This document shows, in pieces, positions 38,245-50,928 of a stretch of DNA of 64,000 bases (the stretch's first letter is position 1; each line of letters starts with the position of its first letter). Below the pieces are notes generated by a model. That model had not been told where the DNA came from, ran no database searches, and saw nothing but the letters and a program-made list of their open reading frames with translations. The translations under genes and the position numbers were made by a program. The stretch is from Octopus bimaculoides (lineage: Eukaryota), in contig NC_068982.1 of NCBI RefSeq assembly GCF_001194135.2, positions 1,158,056 through 1,222,055 on the forward strand. Reading direction: 5' to 3'.

Positions 38245-39083
38245 AGGTTTCGCTTGTGCAATATGTCAAAGATAATAATTATCTTTTCAACATTAAGTTT
38301 CTTGTTTTGTCCATTCATTGATATTCATTTCAATATACGTTGTTATGAAACACTATTACACTTTATTCACAACCCCTTCCGATTTCTTTTCTCTGTTTTT
38401 GTTTATTTTTACTGTTGCAGCTGTTGATTAATTTTTAATGATTGTTTAATCAGTTTCGATATTTTTTGTGATTTATTACGATTTCTCATGTTGCGTTGTT
38501 GTCTTTAAGTAAAGAAAGGAATCTTAAGAAGTATTCTTATTTCATAAATGTTAGTTTCTACAAGTACTTTTCGGTCGATTAGCTCAAATAGAAACCCACA
38601 ATTTCTGGGAATTTATTAGTCAACATTATTTAGAAATCTGTTAACATTTATTATGTGCAATGTTTGGTAATTGTGTTCTTTTTTCCTTTTTGAGTTTTGT
38701 TAAAAAAAAAAGAATAACTGAATAAATCATATCTACTAAATGCAAACACAACTTTTCTTATTATTTATTTCACTTCAATGTATGTTTTATTATTTTTGTA
38801 ATAATTTTTTCTTTCTATGCAACAGCATTTGATGTATTACATAAAATAAAGAGAAAAATGAGCATGTCGGGATGGGGGAAAATGCAATTTTGCGGTGGGA
38901 ATATTAATCTTAGACAAAATTTTAAATATTTTCTTGTCATACAAAATCCGGAGCACCAATGAGATTCTTCCTTGCCAATTTCGTTATACCAATTTCTGGT
39001 TAGTTCTAATACGTGATATACTTATTAAAAAACTTAAACCAAATATCATATTATTTTCTTGTATAGACACAATTCTAACATTT

Positions 39084-39182
<99 letters not shown>

Positions 39183-39205
39183 ACATACATTTATATATAC
39201 TCTCT

Positions 39206-39574
39206 CTTTTACTCTTTTACTTGTTTCAGTCATTTGAATGTGGCCATGCTCGAGCATCGCCTTTAGTCGAGCAAATCGACCCCAGGACTTATTCTTTGGG
39301 TGCCTAGTACTTATTCTATCGGTCTTTTTTGCCGAAGCGCTAAGTTACGGGGACGTAAACACACCAGCTTCGGTTGTCAAACAATGTTGGGGGACAAACA
39401 CAGACAAACAAATGCATACATATATACATATATACGACGGGCTTCTTTCAGTTTCCGTCTAGCAAATCCACTCACAAGGCTTTGGTCGGCCTGAGGCTAT
39501 AGTAGAAGACACTTGCCCAATGTGTCACGCAGTGGGACTGAAAGCAAGCTTACTACACAGCCACTCCTGCACCT
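39206..39574 (-). mobile_element. Bipartite SINE family BC, best-preserved copy
   Basis: Has the head (internally deleted), B domain, CA/TA spacer at about 39390-39435, C domain and tail. Flanked by (CT)n and (AC)n(AT)n. Confidence 0.9.
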
Positions 39575-39596
39575 ATACACACACACACACACACAC

Positions 39597-39641
<45 letters not shown>

Positions 39642-39889
39642 NNNNNNNNNNNNNNNNNNNNNNNNNNNNNNNNNNNNNNNNNNNNNNNNNNNNNNNNNNN
39701 NNNNNNNNNNNNNNNNNNNNNNNNNNNNNNNNNNNNNNNNNNNNNNNNNNNNNNNNNNNNNNNNNNNNNNNNNNNNNNNNNNNNNNNNNNNNNNNNNNNN
39801 NNNNNNNNNNNNNNNNNNNNNNNNNNNNNNNNNNNNNNNNNNNNNNNNNNNNNNNNNNNNNNNNNNNNNNNNNNNNNNNNNNNNNNNNN

Positions 39890-40650
39890 CAGAGGAATTC
39901 AAGACAGGATGCCCATGGGAGTTCCTCTATGCTGATGACCTTGCACTAATTGCTGAGTCACTATCAGAACTACAGGAGAAGTTTCAGGTGTGGAAGCAAG
40001 GACTAGAATCGAAGGGCCTTAGAGTCAACCTAGCTAAACCCAAAGTCCTAATAAGTAGGAAGGTAGACAAACCACAAGCCCCTTCAGGATGGCTCTGCTC
40101 GATCTGTAGAAAAGACGTAGGTAGAAACTCTATAAGATGTACCCAGTGTAAGCTATGGACACATAAGAGATGCAGCAATATCAAAGGAAGGTTAACTGGG
40201 AAGATAGTCTTTGTATTTGCCAAATGCTCAGGTGCTATTAACCCTGAAAATGTGCAGAGAACAGCTTCTGTCACATTCCAGGGAGAAAAACTAGAAGTAG
40301 TTGATAGCTTCCGTTACCTAGGTGACCAAGTTAGTAGCGGGGGTGGATGCTCTGAAAGNNNNNNNNNNCCAAGTTAGTAGCGGGGGTGGATGCTCTGAAA
40401 GTGTAGCTGCTAGAATAAGAATAGCCTGGGCAAAGTTCAGAGAGCTCCTACCTCTGCTGGTGACAAAGGGCCTCTCGCTTAGACTAAAAGGTAGACTATA
40501 TGATACATGTGTAGGAACAGCCATGCTACATGGCAGTGAAACATGGGCTGTGACTGCTGATGACATGTGTAAGCTTCCAAGGAATGAAGACAGTATGCTC
40601 CGATGGATGTGTAATGTCAGTGTGCATACATGACAGAGTGTAAGCGCCCT
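39890..40650 (+). mobile_element. RTE-clade LINE reverse transcriptase fragment with PHD-finger-like insert
   Basis: Translates FLYADDLALIAES..GLRVNLAKPKV, then CSIC..CTQC..WTHKRC, then VDSFRYLG..RIRIAWAKFREL..MLHGSETW. Confidence 0.92.
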
Positions 40651-40739
40651 GAGTTTATATAGGGTGGGTTGGTGGAGGAGGGGGAAGTGTTGGCAAAGCA
40701 AGTGATTATCGAAACAGAGAGACAGAGAGAGCGGGGGGC

Positions 40740-41113
40740 ACAGTTAGGCTGGTCAAGGATAGAACATGACGATTTGAAGTGGGAAATACGAAGGTTGTGG
40801 TCAATGAAGAGAGTAGACGTGATACCAGTAGTAATTGGTGCACTTGGTAGTATCAACACTCAACCACCAACATGACTGAAAAAGACCATAAATATACAAA
40901 TATAGAAATAGAAATATACAAATATAAAATCAGAACACCTAAAAAAATCAGCATTGCTTCGAAATGCAAGTAATTTTCGCAGAGTTCTTGAAACATGACC
41001 ATTAAACAAGTATCACCTTAGTCTGCTGGCTGTAGACAGCTGACACTTTCCATTATACCCAGCAAAATTAGCTGAGGGTTTTCATCAAACAATAATGATA
41101 ATAATAATAATAA
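40740..41113 (+). mobile_element. R4/Dong-like LINE 3' fragment ending in (TAA)n
   Basis: DDLKWEIRRLWSMKRVDVIPVVIGALG..KKSALLRNA..RRVLET; tail at 41092-41113. Confidence 0.8.
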
Positions 41114-41114
41114 T

Positions 41115-41475
41115 AGGAAATAGAGGTTACTCGAATGTGGAATCTAAAACAAAATACAAAGACCTGGAAATAGAGGTAACTCGAATGTGGAATCTAAAAA
41201 CAGAAACAATTCCTATCATAGTAGGTGCCTTAGGTATAATAAAAAAATATTCAGACAAATACATAACAAAAACACCAGGACTTACAAATATATATAACAT
41301 ACAGAAAATTGCACTACTGGGCACTGCACACATCCTACGCAAAACACTTTCAATACGGTAACCATAAGAGCATCACAGCAAACCACAGCACATACCCAAG
41401 GCGCACAGAGCTGCGCTCGGTAGTGAAGTGAAAGTACGTTATAAAAATAAAACTACTCAACAATGGTAATAATAA
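41115..41475 (+). mobile_element. Second R4/Dong-like LINE 3' fragment joined at the TAA tail of the first
   Basis: KYKDLEIEVTRMWNLKTETIPIIVGALG..IQKIALLGTAHILRKTL, followed by a 3' UTR and a taataataa end. Confidence 0.88.
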
Positions 41476-41552
41476 TATAATATATAAATGCATATACATA
41501 CACACACACAAAGACACCTACATGTACACACACACACATTATATATACATAT

Positions 41553-41700
41553 ATACCGTAAATCCTCGAGTATAATCCGCACTTTTTTCCCAAAAATTAA
41601 AGGTCAAAATTTCTAGTGCGTACAAATACGAGGTTAAAAATGAAAAATATTTTCTAAGCAAAATTTTCTAAGTGATAAATATGTAAAATCAATTTACTTA
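41553..41700 (+). mobile_element. Truncated Tc1/pogo-type DNA transposon end (tentative)
   Basis: Begins TA-CCGTAAATCCTCGAGTATAA, a terminus style common in such MITEs. The matching end was not found. Confidence 0.4.
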
Positions 41701-42570
41701 GTATTTATTTTTCACCGACGTTATTACTGTTATTTCTTTATTTTCTGCAAAGTGCACTAAAAAGCTACATGCTTGCATTATGTTAGATATACAATAATAA
41801 TAAAGGACGTTACCGTATATATGTTTACAAACCAAGGACGTTATATAGACAGACAGACAGATAGATAGATAGATAAATAGATAGATAGATATGTGTGTGT
41901 GTGTACGCGTGTGTGAATACACACACGCTTTTAAGTATATGTGTATACTTTTCTGCTCTCTGTCGTTGTAACGTATGTTAAGTTCTGGAATGACTATGTT
42001 CTGCTACGGAGGTCAGAAAAGACGCAAACATTCATAGAATCGTTGCTCTTCTTCACAAGATCAGATCCATTCGTTACTCACCATGAAACGCCGGCATCCA
42101 ATTCCTTTTACCAGGTTTAATCTCAGTGTTACCTTCTTGACACTAATTACCATTTTCGAAAATGATTTCTTTTCGTTATTGTCTTGATTTTCATTGTTTT
42201 TACTTACCCCCAAAGCTTATGCTAACTCACACGCATTCAGATGTGACTCCAGTCGATATTCCGAAACAGAGGTCGCGACAGTGATAAATTGTTTTCTGAT
42301 AACGCAAGCTTCTTAAATAATTAATGCATTTAACTTTGGAAGCATATGCTATGAGATATGAACTCAGTAACGCAAAAGATATGATACAGATGACTGCGGG
42401 GAATATTATTCATTATTCTAAAATTGGAAATATCGAAGCAATAGAAAAATTGAAAAGTAATTAAGTAGATTACAAGAGGCCAAACGAGAGAGAAAAAAAT
42501 TAAACTGCAGGTACGTATATCTACAATATAATGATTTTAGTATGATTATAATTATAATTATGTAACATAA

Positions 42571-42631
42571 CCGCAGTCATGGCTGTGTGATAAGAAGTTT
42601 GCTTCCCAACTATATGGTTCCGGGTTCAGTC
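42571..42631 (+). mobile_element. SINE BC head only
   Basis: ggctgtgtgataagaagtttgcttcccaac..gttccgggttcagtc. Confidence 0.7.
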
Positions 42632-42672
42632 AATTCACTCGCAAACATACACACAAAACGGTACTTCTTTGG

Positions 42673-42977
42673 CGTGTGATCTACAAGGGAAGTTACTTTA
42701 GGTTACTTTTCAATTTCTAACACAAAGTAAACTAAAGAGTAACCTAAAGTAATCTCCCTTTAAAAATGTAGATCACACGGCAACGTGACACGTTTCGTTT
42801 TTTTAAGAAATGATGTGAACTTAGTGTTGGTTTCTTGTAAAAATGCAATTTCCTTCGTCTCGTTGCTGATCACATTGTAAACACCTTTACGGGGTTTTAG
42901 AAATTGAAAAGTGAACTTTAAAAGTAACCTAAAGTATGTGTGTGCGCACGTGCGCACATCCGCATTGTAGATCACAT
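42673..42977. repeat. Nested inverted-repeat element (MITE-like)
   Basis: The left arm cgtgtgatctaca..ttactttaggttact pairs with 42738-42779 and again with 42897-42977. Confidence 0.7.
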
Positions 42978-43283
42978 ACCAAAGCAGCACCCACAAAACA
43001 TTCATCCACAACAGCATGGTACTACACAAATGCGTAAGAAAAATCCACCAGCGCAAACGTACAATTAACCCCAAAGCCACAACACATCACAAAAGCTACA
43101 TCTTAACTCACGACATAATGCAATACAAACGAATACGCACAGGGCAAAGCAGCGGTGCAGACGCGTCACTCAAAAAGCAATGATTTTTTTTTTTACTTTC
43201 TAACATGTACGCAAAGTACTGCAAACGTGCATTAGTACAAAGTACATAATACAAAGTACTGCGCCAACACTTATGTCAACACG

Positions 43284-43314
<31 letters not shown>

Positions 43315-43432
43315 GTGTGTGTAGCTCAGCGAAAATAAACATCATGCACACTTATTCAACTTTCACATACACACTTTCACAATGAAAACAAGCATTTACA
43401 AACTTGATATAACGCAATATTAAGGCGGTGAA

Positions 43433-43645
43433 AGGCGGTGAGCTGGCAGAAACGTTAGCATGCGGAGCGAAATGCTCAGCGCTATTTCGTCTGTCTTTAC
43501 GTTCTGAGTTCAAATTCTGCCGAGGTCGACTTTGCCTTTCATCCTTTCGGGGTCGATAAATTAAGTACCATTTGCGTACTGGGGTCGATCTAATCGACTG
43601 GCCCCCTCCTCAAAAATTTCGGGCCCTGTGCCTAGAGTAGAAAAG
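43433..43645 (+). mobile_element. SINE family A (young) inserted into the head of an older family A copy
   Basis: Perfect 17-bp TSD AATATTAAGGCGGTGAA at 43416-43432 and 43646-43662. Confidence 0.93.
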
Positions 43646-43865
43646 AATATTAAGGCGGTGAACCAGCAAAACGGTTATTACGCCGGGCAAAACGCTTAGC
43701 GGTATATTGTTCGTCTTTACGTTCTGAGTTCGAATTCCGCCGAAGCCTACTTTGCGTTTCATCCTTTGGGACTCGATAAAATAAGTAGCAGTTGAGCACT
43801 GGGATCGATCTGATGGACCCACTCCCTCCCCTGACCATTCTGGCCTTGTGCCAAAGTTCGAAATC
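43646..43865 (+). mobile_element. SINE family A (old-type tail)
   Basis: Diverged body; ends ggccttgtgccaaagttcgaaatc. Confidence 0.85.
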
Positions 43866-44470
43866 GATCTCACTCAAATCACGTGCAGACAGCCGAAACA
43901 ACATATTACAGCAAACCCGAGCACTCAAACAATCCACCTATATTCACACATCCTGTTTTCAAAACATTCACGCACAGACATTTATTGCAAGCATACACTA
44001 ACATGTATATACACAAAAACAATACACAAATACTTTTAACTCGATATACACATTCTACAAACACTGGAAGCGAGGACACACACAACCTTGCCACAAAACA
44101 ACAAAACGACCAACATATGTGTATACTCACTCTAAACATATTCAAATGTCAATTTGTTTTCTTTCGATGATGACGAACTTGAACCTGAAACTTTAAACAC
44201 TTCTCTACTTCTTTGAGTGTTAATCCAATCCAAAGCTTTTATCTTGTCTTTGGTGTTGTTATTTCATTCTAAAAGGAGAATGAAATTTATTGCAAATTTC
44301 ATTTTGACTGGGACTTTAATTTTCGTCTGATAGCTAATTTCATTACGCATTAATTGAATAAGTCGTCAGGAGAAACTTACAACGAAGTTAGAACGAATTA
44401 TGTAATTTGCGTGTTTTTCTGTTTGTTTGCATGTGTGTGTGAGAGAGTGTGTGTGTATATATATACATAT

Positions 44471-44519
<49 letters not shown>

Positions 44520-44654
44520 CACACGTTTATATATTCTTGATGTAAAATTGTGTGTTGAAACAGATATTGTATTTGGGGATGGTCATGTTGCCAGTTTAGT
44601 CAATAAAAACACACGCACTATATATTTGGTGTTAATTTGCTTCAGCTTTATTTT

Positions 44655-44719
<65 letters not shown>

Positions 44720-44720
44720 T

Positions 44721-44887
44721 CGTGAAAGCGCGTGGCTTAGTGGTTAGGGTATTCACGACTGTGAGTTTGACTCCCGGCACCGCAGTGTGTCCTTGAGCAA
44801 GACTCTTTATTTTACGTTGCTCCAGTCCACTCAGCTGGCAAAAATGAGTAGTACCTGTAATTCAAAGGGGCCAGCCTTGTCACGCTC
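44721..44887 (+). mobile_element. tRNA-headed SINE family D (V-SINE-like body)
   Basis: A-box tggcttagtgg, then tgtgtccttgagcaagac..gttgctccagtccactcagctgg. Confidence 0.6.
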
Positions 44888-46131
44888 AAGACGTTCAGAG
44901 TATGGTAGATGCCTGACAGCGTGTATAAATACTAATTACAACTAATTATTATAATTATTGAAATTCAATCATACATGCACAGATAAATCTTAACATAATA
45001 TCTTTAAAGTATTTCAATAATTATCTTTCTTGCTATGAATTGGTTTATAAATTAGAATATTTTTATTTCTTGATCATCTTTCTTTGATTTTCCCTCTTCC
45101 TCCAAAAAAGCTACCGTGGCAATTTTCTTTTTATATTGACGTTCATCAAATTAAGCTGTTCCCCATACCACAAATGCGTAATAAGCCATCATTTTAACAA
45201 TCTATGATTTTACTTTTAATCTAACAAAGCAATAAAACCTTATTTTAAGATGTTCTTAATTTGTTTCAAAACAAATTTTCTAAAACTTCTGAAAGTTGCA
45301 ACTTAATATCTTATGCCGACAATATCATCATCAAGGTTGTAACTTGTTAAACATTTAATATCAAATTATGTCTCTGCGTTTTCAGTTCAAAAATGTTTAA
45401 GTTCGATAAAATACATCTTAAATAAATAAAATACTGAAGTCAATTCAATCGATTACATTATTACTGAAAATATTGTGGAATTTCTGTTTCGAAATGTTTA
45501 TCTTTTCAACATTCTCCTACAGACTTATTCACCCTCAGACGATGCACCTTCTTTTCGTTCAGGCTATGCAGCATTATCTATTGAGAGTACAGGACTCTGC
45601 TTGTCGACTACGTTTGTTTTCAGGTGAGGTTTATTTTGTTGTTTCTGTTGCTTTAGTGTTCTTTCTTCTGTGACTTTGAAATACGCTGTTGGATGGTGAT
45701 TATGTTTCCAATGTCTTGCGTTACTTGTTTTATACTGACTATTGTCGAAAGAATGCGTCGGTGTTGTTTGTTAAGTGGCGATTGTTACGGTACATGCCGT
45801 GTGCGTAACTTAATGTTCTGTTATTAATATCGGTATCATTTCTGCTTTAAATTTCATATTCCACATTAATATTTTCATTTCAGAACCTCTGATGATTTTT
45901 CTTCATCCTTCCAGATGTTATGTTCATTAAATAGGATTGAAATACCATTCAGGTGACAGAGGTTCTTGTTTTTATTCCTGAGATTTACCTGGTTATTGCA
46001 CCTGTGTGTTCACCTGAGTTTTCTCGTCATTCGAAACAAGACTACTCCAGAGTATCGTCGCCAGATCTTTTTAATATAATGTTTCTTGTACAAACTTGTA
46101 TCAATCACCGATTTTCACATAAAGTGACGTT

Positions 46132-46355
46132 CACGCGTGGCTGTATGATAAAAAGCTTGCTTCTCAAGTGTAAGGTTCCGGGTTCAGTCCCACCGCGTGA
46201 TATCTTGGGCAAGTGTCTTCTACTATAGTCTCGGGCCGACCAAAGCCTTGTATGTGAATTTGGTAGACGGAAATTGAAAGAAGCCCGTCGTATATGTACA
46301 TATGCATGTGTGTGTATGTTTCTTTGTGACTGTGTTTGTCCGTCCTCCAACCACC
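46132..46355 (+). mobile_element. SINE family BC (head, B domain, spacer, start of C domain)
   Basis: Homologous to the copy at 39206-39574. Confidence 0.85.
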
Positions 46356-47794
46356 CATCGTCTTAAGTCTAAATTTAAAACTGCAGCAAAAACTTTAAAA
46401 CTGTGCTGACAGCACAGAGAGCAACCGCGATGAACACCCACGACAGCATGGTTTTAAGAGGCCGATATCGCTTATGAACCGGATGCCCCACATATGAATA
46501 GAAACTATCTCAAGCATTAATCCACAAACTTAATTCGGGAGGGACAACAGAAGCAACAAGATTCGAGATTCACGAGCAGATAATCGCTGTTAAAAATATA
46601 TTAGAATTAATACCTACAACGTCTATAATCTATATGCGAAAAATATGTAAGGCATGCCACGTGGGTTATGTATTTGTTTGTATTTTTAACTATTTACAAA
46701 ACACCTATCATGATAGAGATTCATTCCGTCTTCAGTCCACTTACTGGTTATGTATTGGGAACACTCTCCATCATCTATTCAACAGCGACAACCACACTTT
46801 CATATGAGCGTTCCATTCAATGGCTTGTGTTTATGATTCCTGTTTGTTGGACTTCACATTATTCATATAACTGAAGCTGGAAAAATTCTATTTATAACGT
46901 CAGTATAACTGATAATGAGGTCGCGTTATTTTCTTACTACTTTTACTACTACTACTACTGCTACTACTTTTTAATGTTTACCGTTTATGTAAACACAGTA
47001 GATAATAGTTATTGAAAAGTAGCCTAATAGAACTCCTCTTCTATACTTTATCTTGGTTATCACCAAAGGCTTGTGCTTGTTTCTCTTCGAATCACTTTTG
47101 TGCAAACAAATTTAGAAGTCGCACGTTTTAATCTTGGTTGTGGCCGCGAAATAGTATAGTTTATCTCTAATTCTTCTCCACTATATTAGTTATTCAGTAT
47201 TTGCATGTTATAAATCAATATTCTTTCTCTTATGTGTTACACATTGTAAGTCGTTTTCTTTTATTTCGATTGCTTATAGTTATATGAAAGCACAAATCAC
47301 ATTAGATCGAAGATGGTACCGAGGAGATTTCTCATAATTTTTCTATATTTTAACTTATCGATGTCTTGTAAACTGCAATTTTCGACATTATGTGCCTAGT
47401 CTCCAGTTTTCTTCTTCCGTTTACTTTTATTAGACGATCCATTTAAGGATTATGTTTAAGCTGGCCTTGATCAATACTTCACATATTGCAACCTCTTGGG
47501 CGGTTTTCATCTAATGTTTTCTCTCTTATACGTATATCTTGGAGAAAAAACGCAGAAATCATCAAACTTTGAAAGATGAATGAATTTGGAGTATCACCAG
47601 AAATATTGAACAAAAATAGATCTGTGAAGCACTTCTTCTAATCACTACATATCCCAGATTTGTGCCATCTACATAAAATCTGATCAAGCTCTGATAAGTC
47701 GTAAATAGTTCGATAATCTGTAATCAATCCAGTCATGTATACACTTATAAATTTCAAAATTTCTAATGAAGTATAAGTAAAATAATAATTCGCT

Positions 47795-47958
47795 TAGACG
47801 CAGAGGAGTGGCTGTGTGACAAGAAGTTTGCTTCTCAACCACATAGTTCCGAGTTCAGTCTTACTCCAGTATTTTGAGCAAATGCCTTCTCTTCTAGCCT
47901 TGTGCCGATCAAAGTCTCCTGAGTGGATATGGTAGACGGAGACTGAAAGAAATCTACC

Positions 47959-47961
<3 letters not shown>
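47795..47961 (+). mobile_element. SINE family BC head plus B domain running into (TA)n and a gap
   Basis: Homologous to the BC family. Confidence 0.8.
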
Positions 47962-47990
<29 letters not shown>

Positions 47991-50660
47991 NNNNNNNNNN
48001 NNNNNNNNNNNNNNNNNNNNNNNNNNNNNNNNNNNNNNNNNNNNNNNNNNNNNNNNNNNNNNNNNNNNNNNNNNNNNNNNNNNNNNNNNNNNNNNNNNNN
48101 NNNNNNNNNNNNNNNNNNNNNNNNNNNNNNNNNNNNNNNNNNNNNNNNNNNNNNNNNNNNNNNNNNNNNNNNNNNNNNNNNNNNNNNNNNNNNNNNNNNN
48201 NNNNNNNNNNNNNNNNNNNNNNNNNNNNNNNNNNNNNNNNNNNNNNNNNNNNNNNNNNNNNNNNNNNNNNNNNNNNNNNNNNNNNNNNNNNNNNNNNNNN
48301 NNNNNNNNNNNNNNNNNNNNNNNNNNNNTCCGTCCGTCCGAGCTGTAATAGTGCAGCCGCGAAACGATGAAGCTATCACAAGTGTAATTCAACCAGTTTT
48401 GCGAACATAAGGTCACGTTCAGCAGGAATGCTTTTGCCTGTTCCTCCTGTAGCATTAATAAATATCAAGTTACATTTAATATTGCCAATTTTTTTTTGTT
48501 GCATACGTATGCAATTAATAATCAGGCATTACTTACTTTTGTCAGTCTGCTTCATTCATAGTCCAGTCTGGGAGGCGTTTCCTTGAAACAAAAGGGATAA
48601 ATTTAATCCTTTAAACTGGCCACATCTGGCCCAAATATCCTACCTGTTTTATGCTCATAACAGCTAGATCAAGCCCCTCACACTTACTCTACAATGTCAT
48701 TGTAGACGTTATCACTCACATCATTGAAGCGTCATAGCAACAAGATAGTACACGATTAATTCAAAATAATATGAATAAATATGCTTTACATTTGACAGAG
48801 TAATCGGAATACCAAAAGAGACTAACTTAGACAAGATATAATATAATATTTGATTGTGTTACACATTTGAAAGCTAAAAACACTTGGACATTGAAACCAT
48901 ACCTAACTAGGAGAAAATAAGTGGATACAGAAAGCAAGGCCCGGTTAGATATTCTACAAGTCTTAATTAAAAAGTATGTACATAAGTCTCCAGATATCAT
49001 CCTAGGATATCATCTAGCTGAGTTTCAGTTTATATATAATCTAAGTGAAATAGGGAAATACCTGTGAGGGTCAGTGCCATGAATATGGAGAATGTCATGA
49101 ATATGGAAAATAAAGATTATTTTTGAATTATGCAAATTACTCTAGGCCATAAATATTTTCTATTCTTTTTTGTACATGTCTATTGTTCGTATTTGCTGGA
49201 GTCAAGTAAGACAACTGCTGCGCTGATGATAAATATTGAGGCAGAAACACGTGTAATTAGGTGTTTTTCAGGTTTTTAATGCTTGGGTTGGTTTCTTTCG
49301 TTTGACATTAACTGCAATTACCACGATGATTGAATTTACTTTCTCTCAAAGAGGGCATATTTTTAATAAATCAACAATTTTTCTTGAATGATATCAATAT
49401 ACTTTTATATACATGCAAGCACATACACACACATACGCACGCACTTTCTGTATTTCACATACACACACGTGCATATATATATATATATATANNNNNNNNN
49501 NNNNNNNNNNNNNNNNNNNNNNNNNNNNNNNNNNNNNNNNNNNNNNNNNNNNNNNNNNNNNNNNNNNNNNNNNNNNNNNNNNNNNNNNNNNNNNNNNNNN
49601 NNNNNNNNNNNNNNNNNNNNNNNNNNNNNNNNNNNNNNNNNNNNNNNNNNNNNNNNNNNNNNNNNNNNNNNNNNNNNNNNNNNNNNNNNNNNNNNNNNNN
49701 NNNNNNNNNNNNNNNNNNNNNNNNNNNNNNNNNNNNNNNNNNNNNNNNNNNNNNNNNNNNNNNNNNNNNNNNNNNNNNNNNNNNNNNNNNNNNNNNNNNN
49801 NNNNNNNNNNNNNNNNNNNNNNNNNNNNNNNNNNNNNNNNNNNNNNNNNNNNNNNNNNNNNNNNNNNNNNNNNNNNNNNNNNNNNNNNNNNNNNNNNNNN
49901 NNNNNNNNNNNNNNNNNNNNNNNNNNNNNNNNNNNNNNNNNNNNNNNNNNNNNNNNNNNNNNNNNNNNNNNNNNNNNNNNNNNNNNNNNNNNNNNNNNNN
50001 NNNNNNNNNNNNNNNNNNNNNNNNNNNNNNNNNNNNNNNNNNNNNNNNNNNNNNNNNNNNNNNNNNNNNNNNNNNNNNNNNNNNNNNNNNNNNNNNNNNN
50101 NNNNNNNNNNNNNNNNNNNNNNNNNNNNNNNNNNNNNNNNNNNNNNNNNNNNNNNNNNNNNNNNNNNNNNNNNNNNNNNNNNNNNNNNNNNNNNNNNNNN
50201 NNNNNNNNNNNNNNNNNNNNNNNNNNNNNNNNNNNNNNNNNNNNNNNNNNNNNNNNNNNNNNNNNNNNNNNNNNNNNNNNNNNNNNNNNNNNNNNNNNNN
50301 NNNNNNNNNNNNNNNNNNNNNNNNNNNNNNNNNNNNNNNNNNNNNNNNNNNNNNNNNNNNNNNNNNNNNNNNNNNNNNNNNNNNNNNNNNNNNNNNNNAT
50401 ATACATGAGTGCAAGATTTAGAGAGGAACGTATACAGATATTTAATCTACATTTATTACTTCTAGATGTTGTTCCATTTTGAATTCCTGTTCAACTTTGA
50501 ATAAAAAATATCTACAACGATTGGGAATTTTCGATGAGGATTTTCCTTTTATACGAAACAATACTTGAAATTGAATAATATAAGAAATACACATTTCATT
50601 CAAATTCATAAATCAACATCAATACGAGATCTGCAAGTGAAAACAGGCAACTCTTAGCAC

Positions 50661-50928
50661 GTTGTTGTTGTTTGTTTGTTCCTTCTCGAGCCACGCCAGT
50701 TTCATTGGCGTATAGGTCTGTCGAAGGTGAGCTGCTAGATGCAGGAGGAAAGAGTGAGAGAAAGTTGTGGCGAAAGAATCAGCCGAAGTTCGCCGTTACC
50801 TTCTGCAGGAGCCGCGTGGAGCTTGGGTGTTTCGCTCATAAACACACACATCGCCCGGTCTGAGATTCGAACCCGCGACCTTTCGACTGCGAGTCCACTG
50901 CTCTAAGCACTACGCCATGTGCCTCCAC
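50661..50928 (-). mobile_element. Well-preserved tRNA-derived SINE (family F) with (AAC)/(AAAC) tail
   Basis: The minus-strand head gtggaggcacaTGGCGTAGTGcttag..GGTTCGAATCtc carries A and B boxes; simple-repeat tail at 50661-50680. Confidence 0.8.

Noticed and set aside
40330-40400. 33-bp direct repeat flanking the 10-N gap
   Set aside because: Identical sequence on both sides of a placeholder gap, and the RT frame continues when merged; an unmerged contig overlap.
50850-50928. tRNA gene candidates here and at 15582-15653 and the SINE heads
   Set aside because: A and B boxes are present, but no complete cloverleaf with acceptor stem was found, and they run into repeat bodies.
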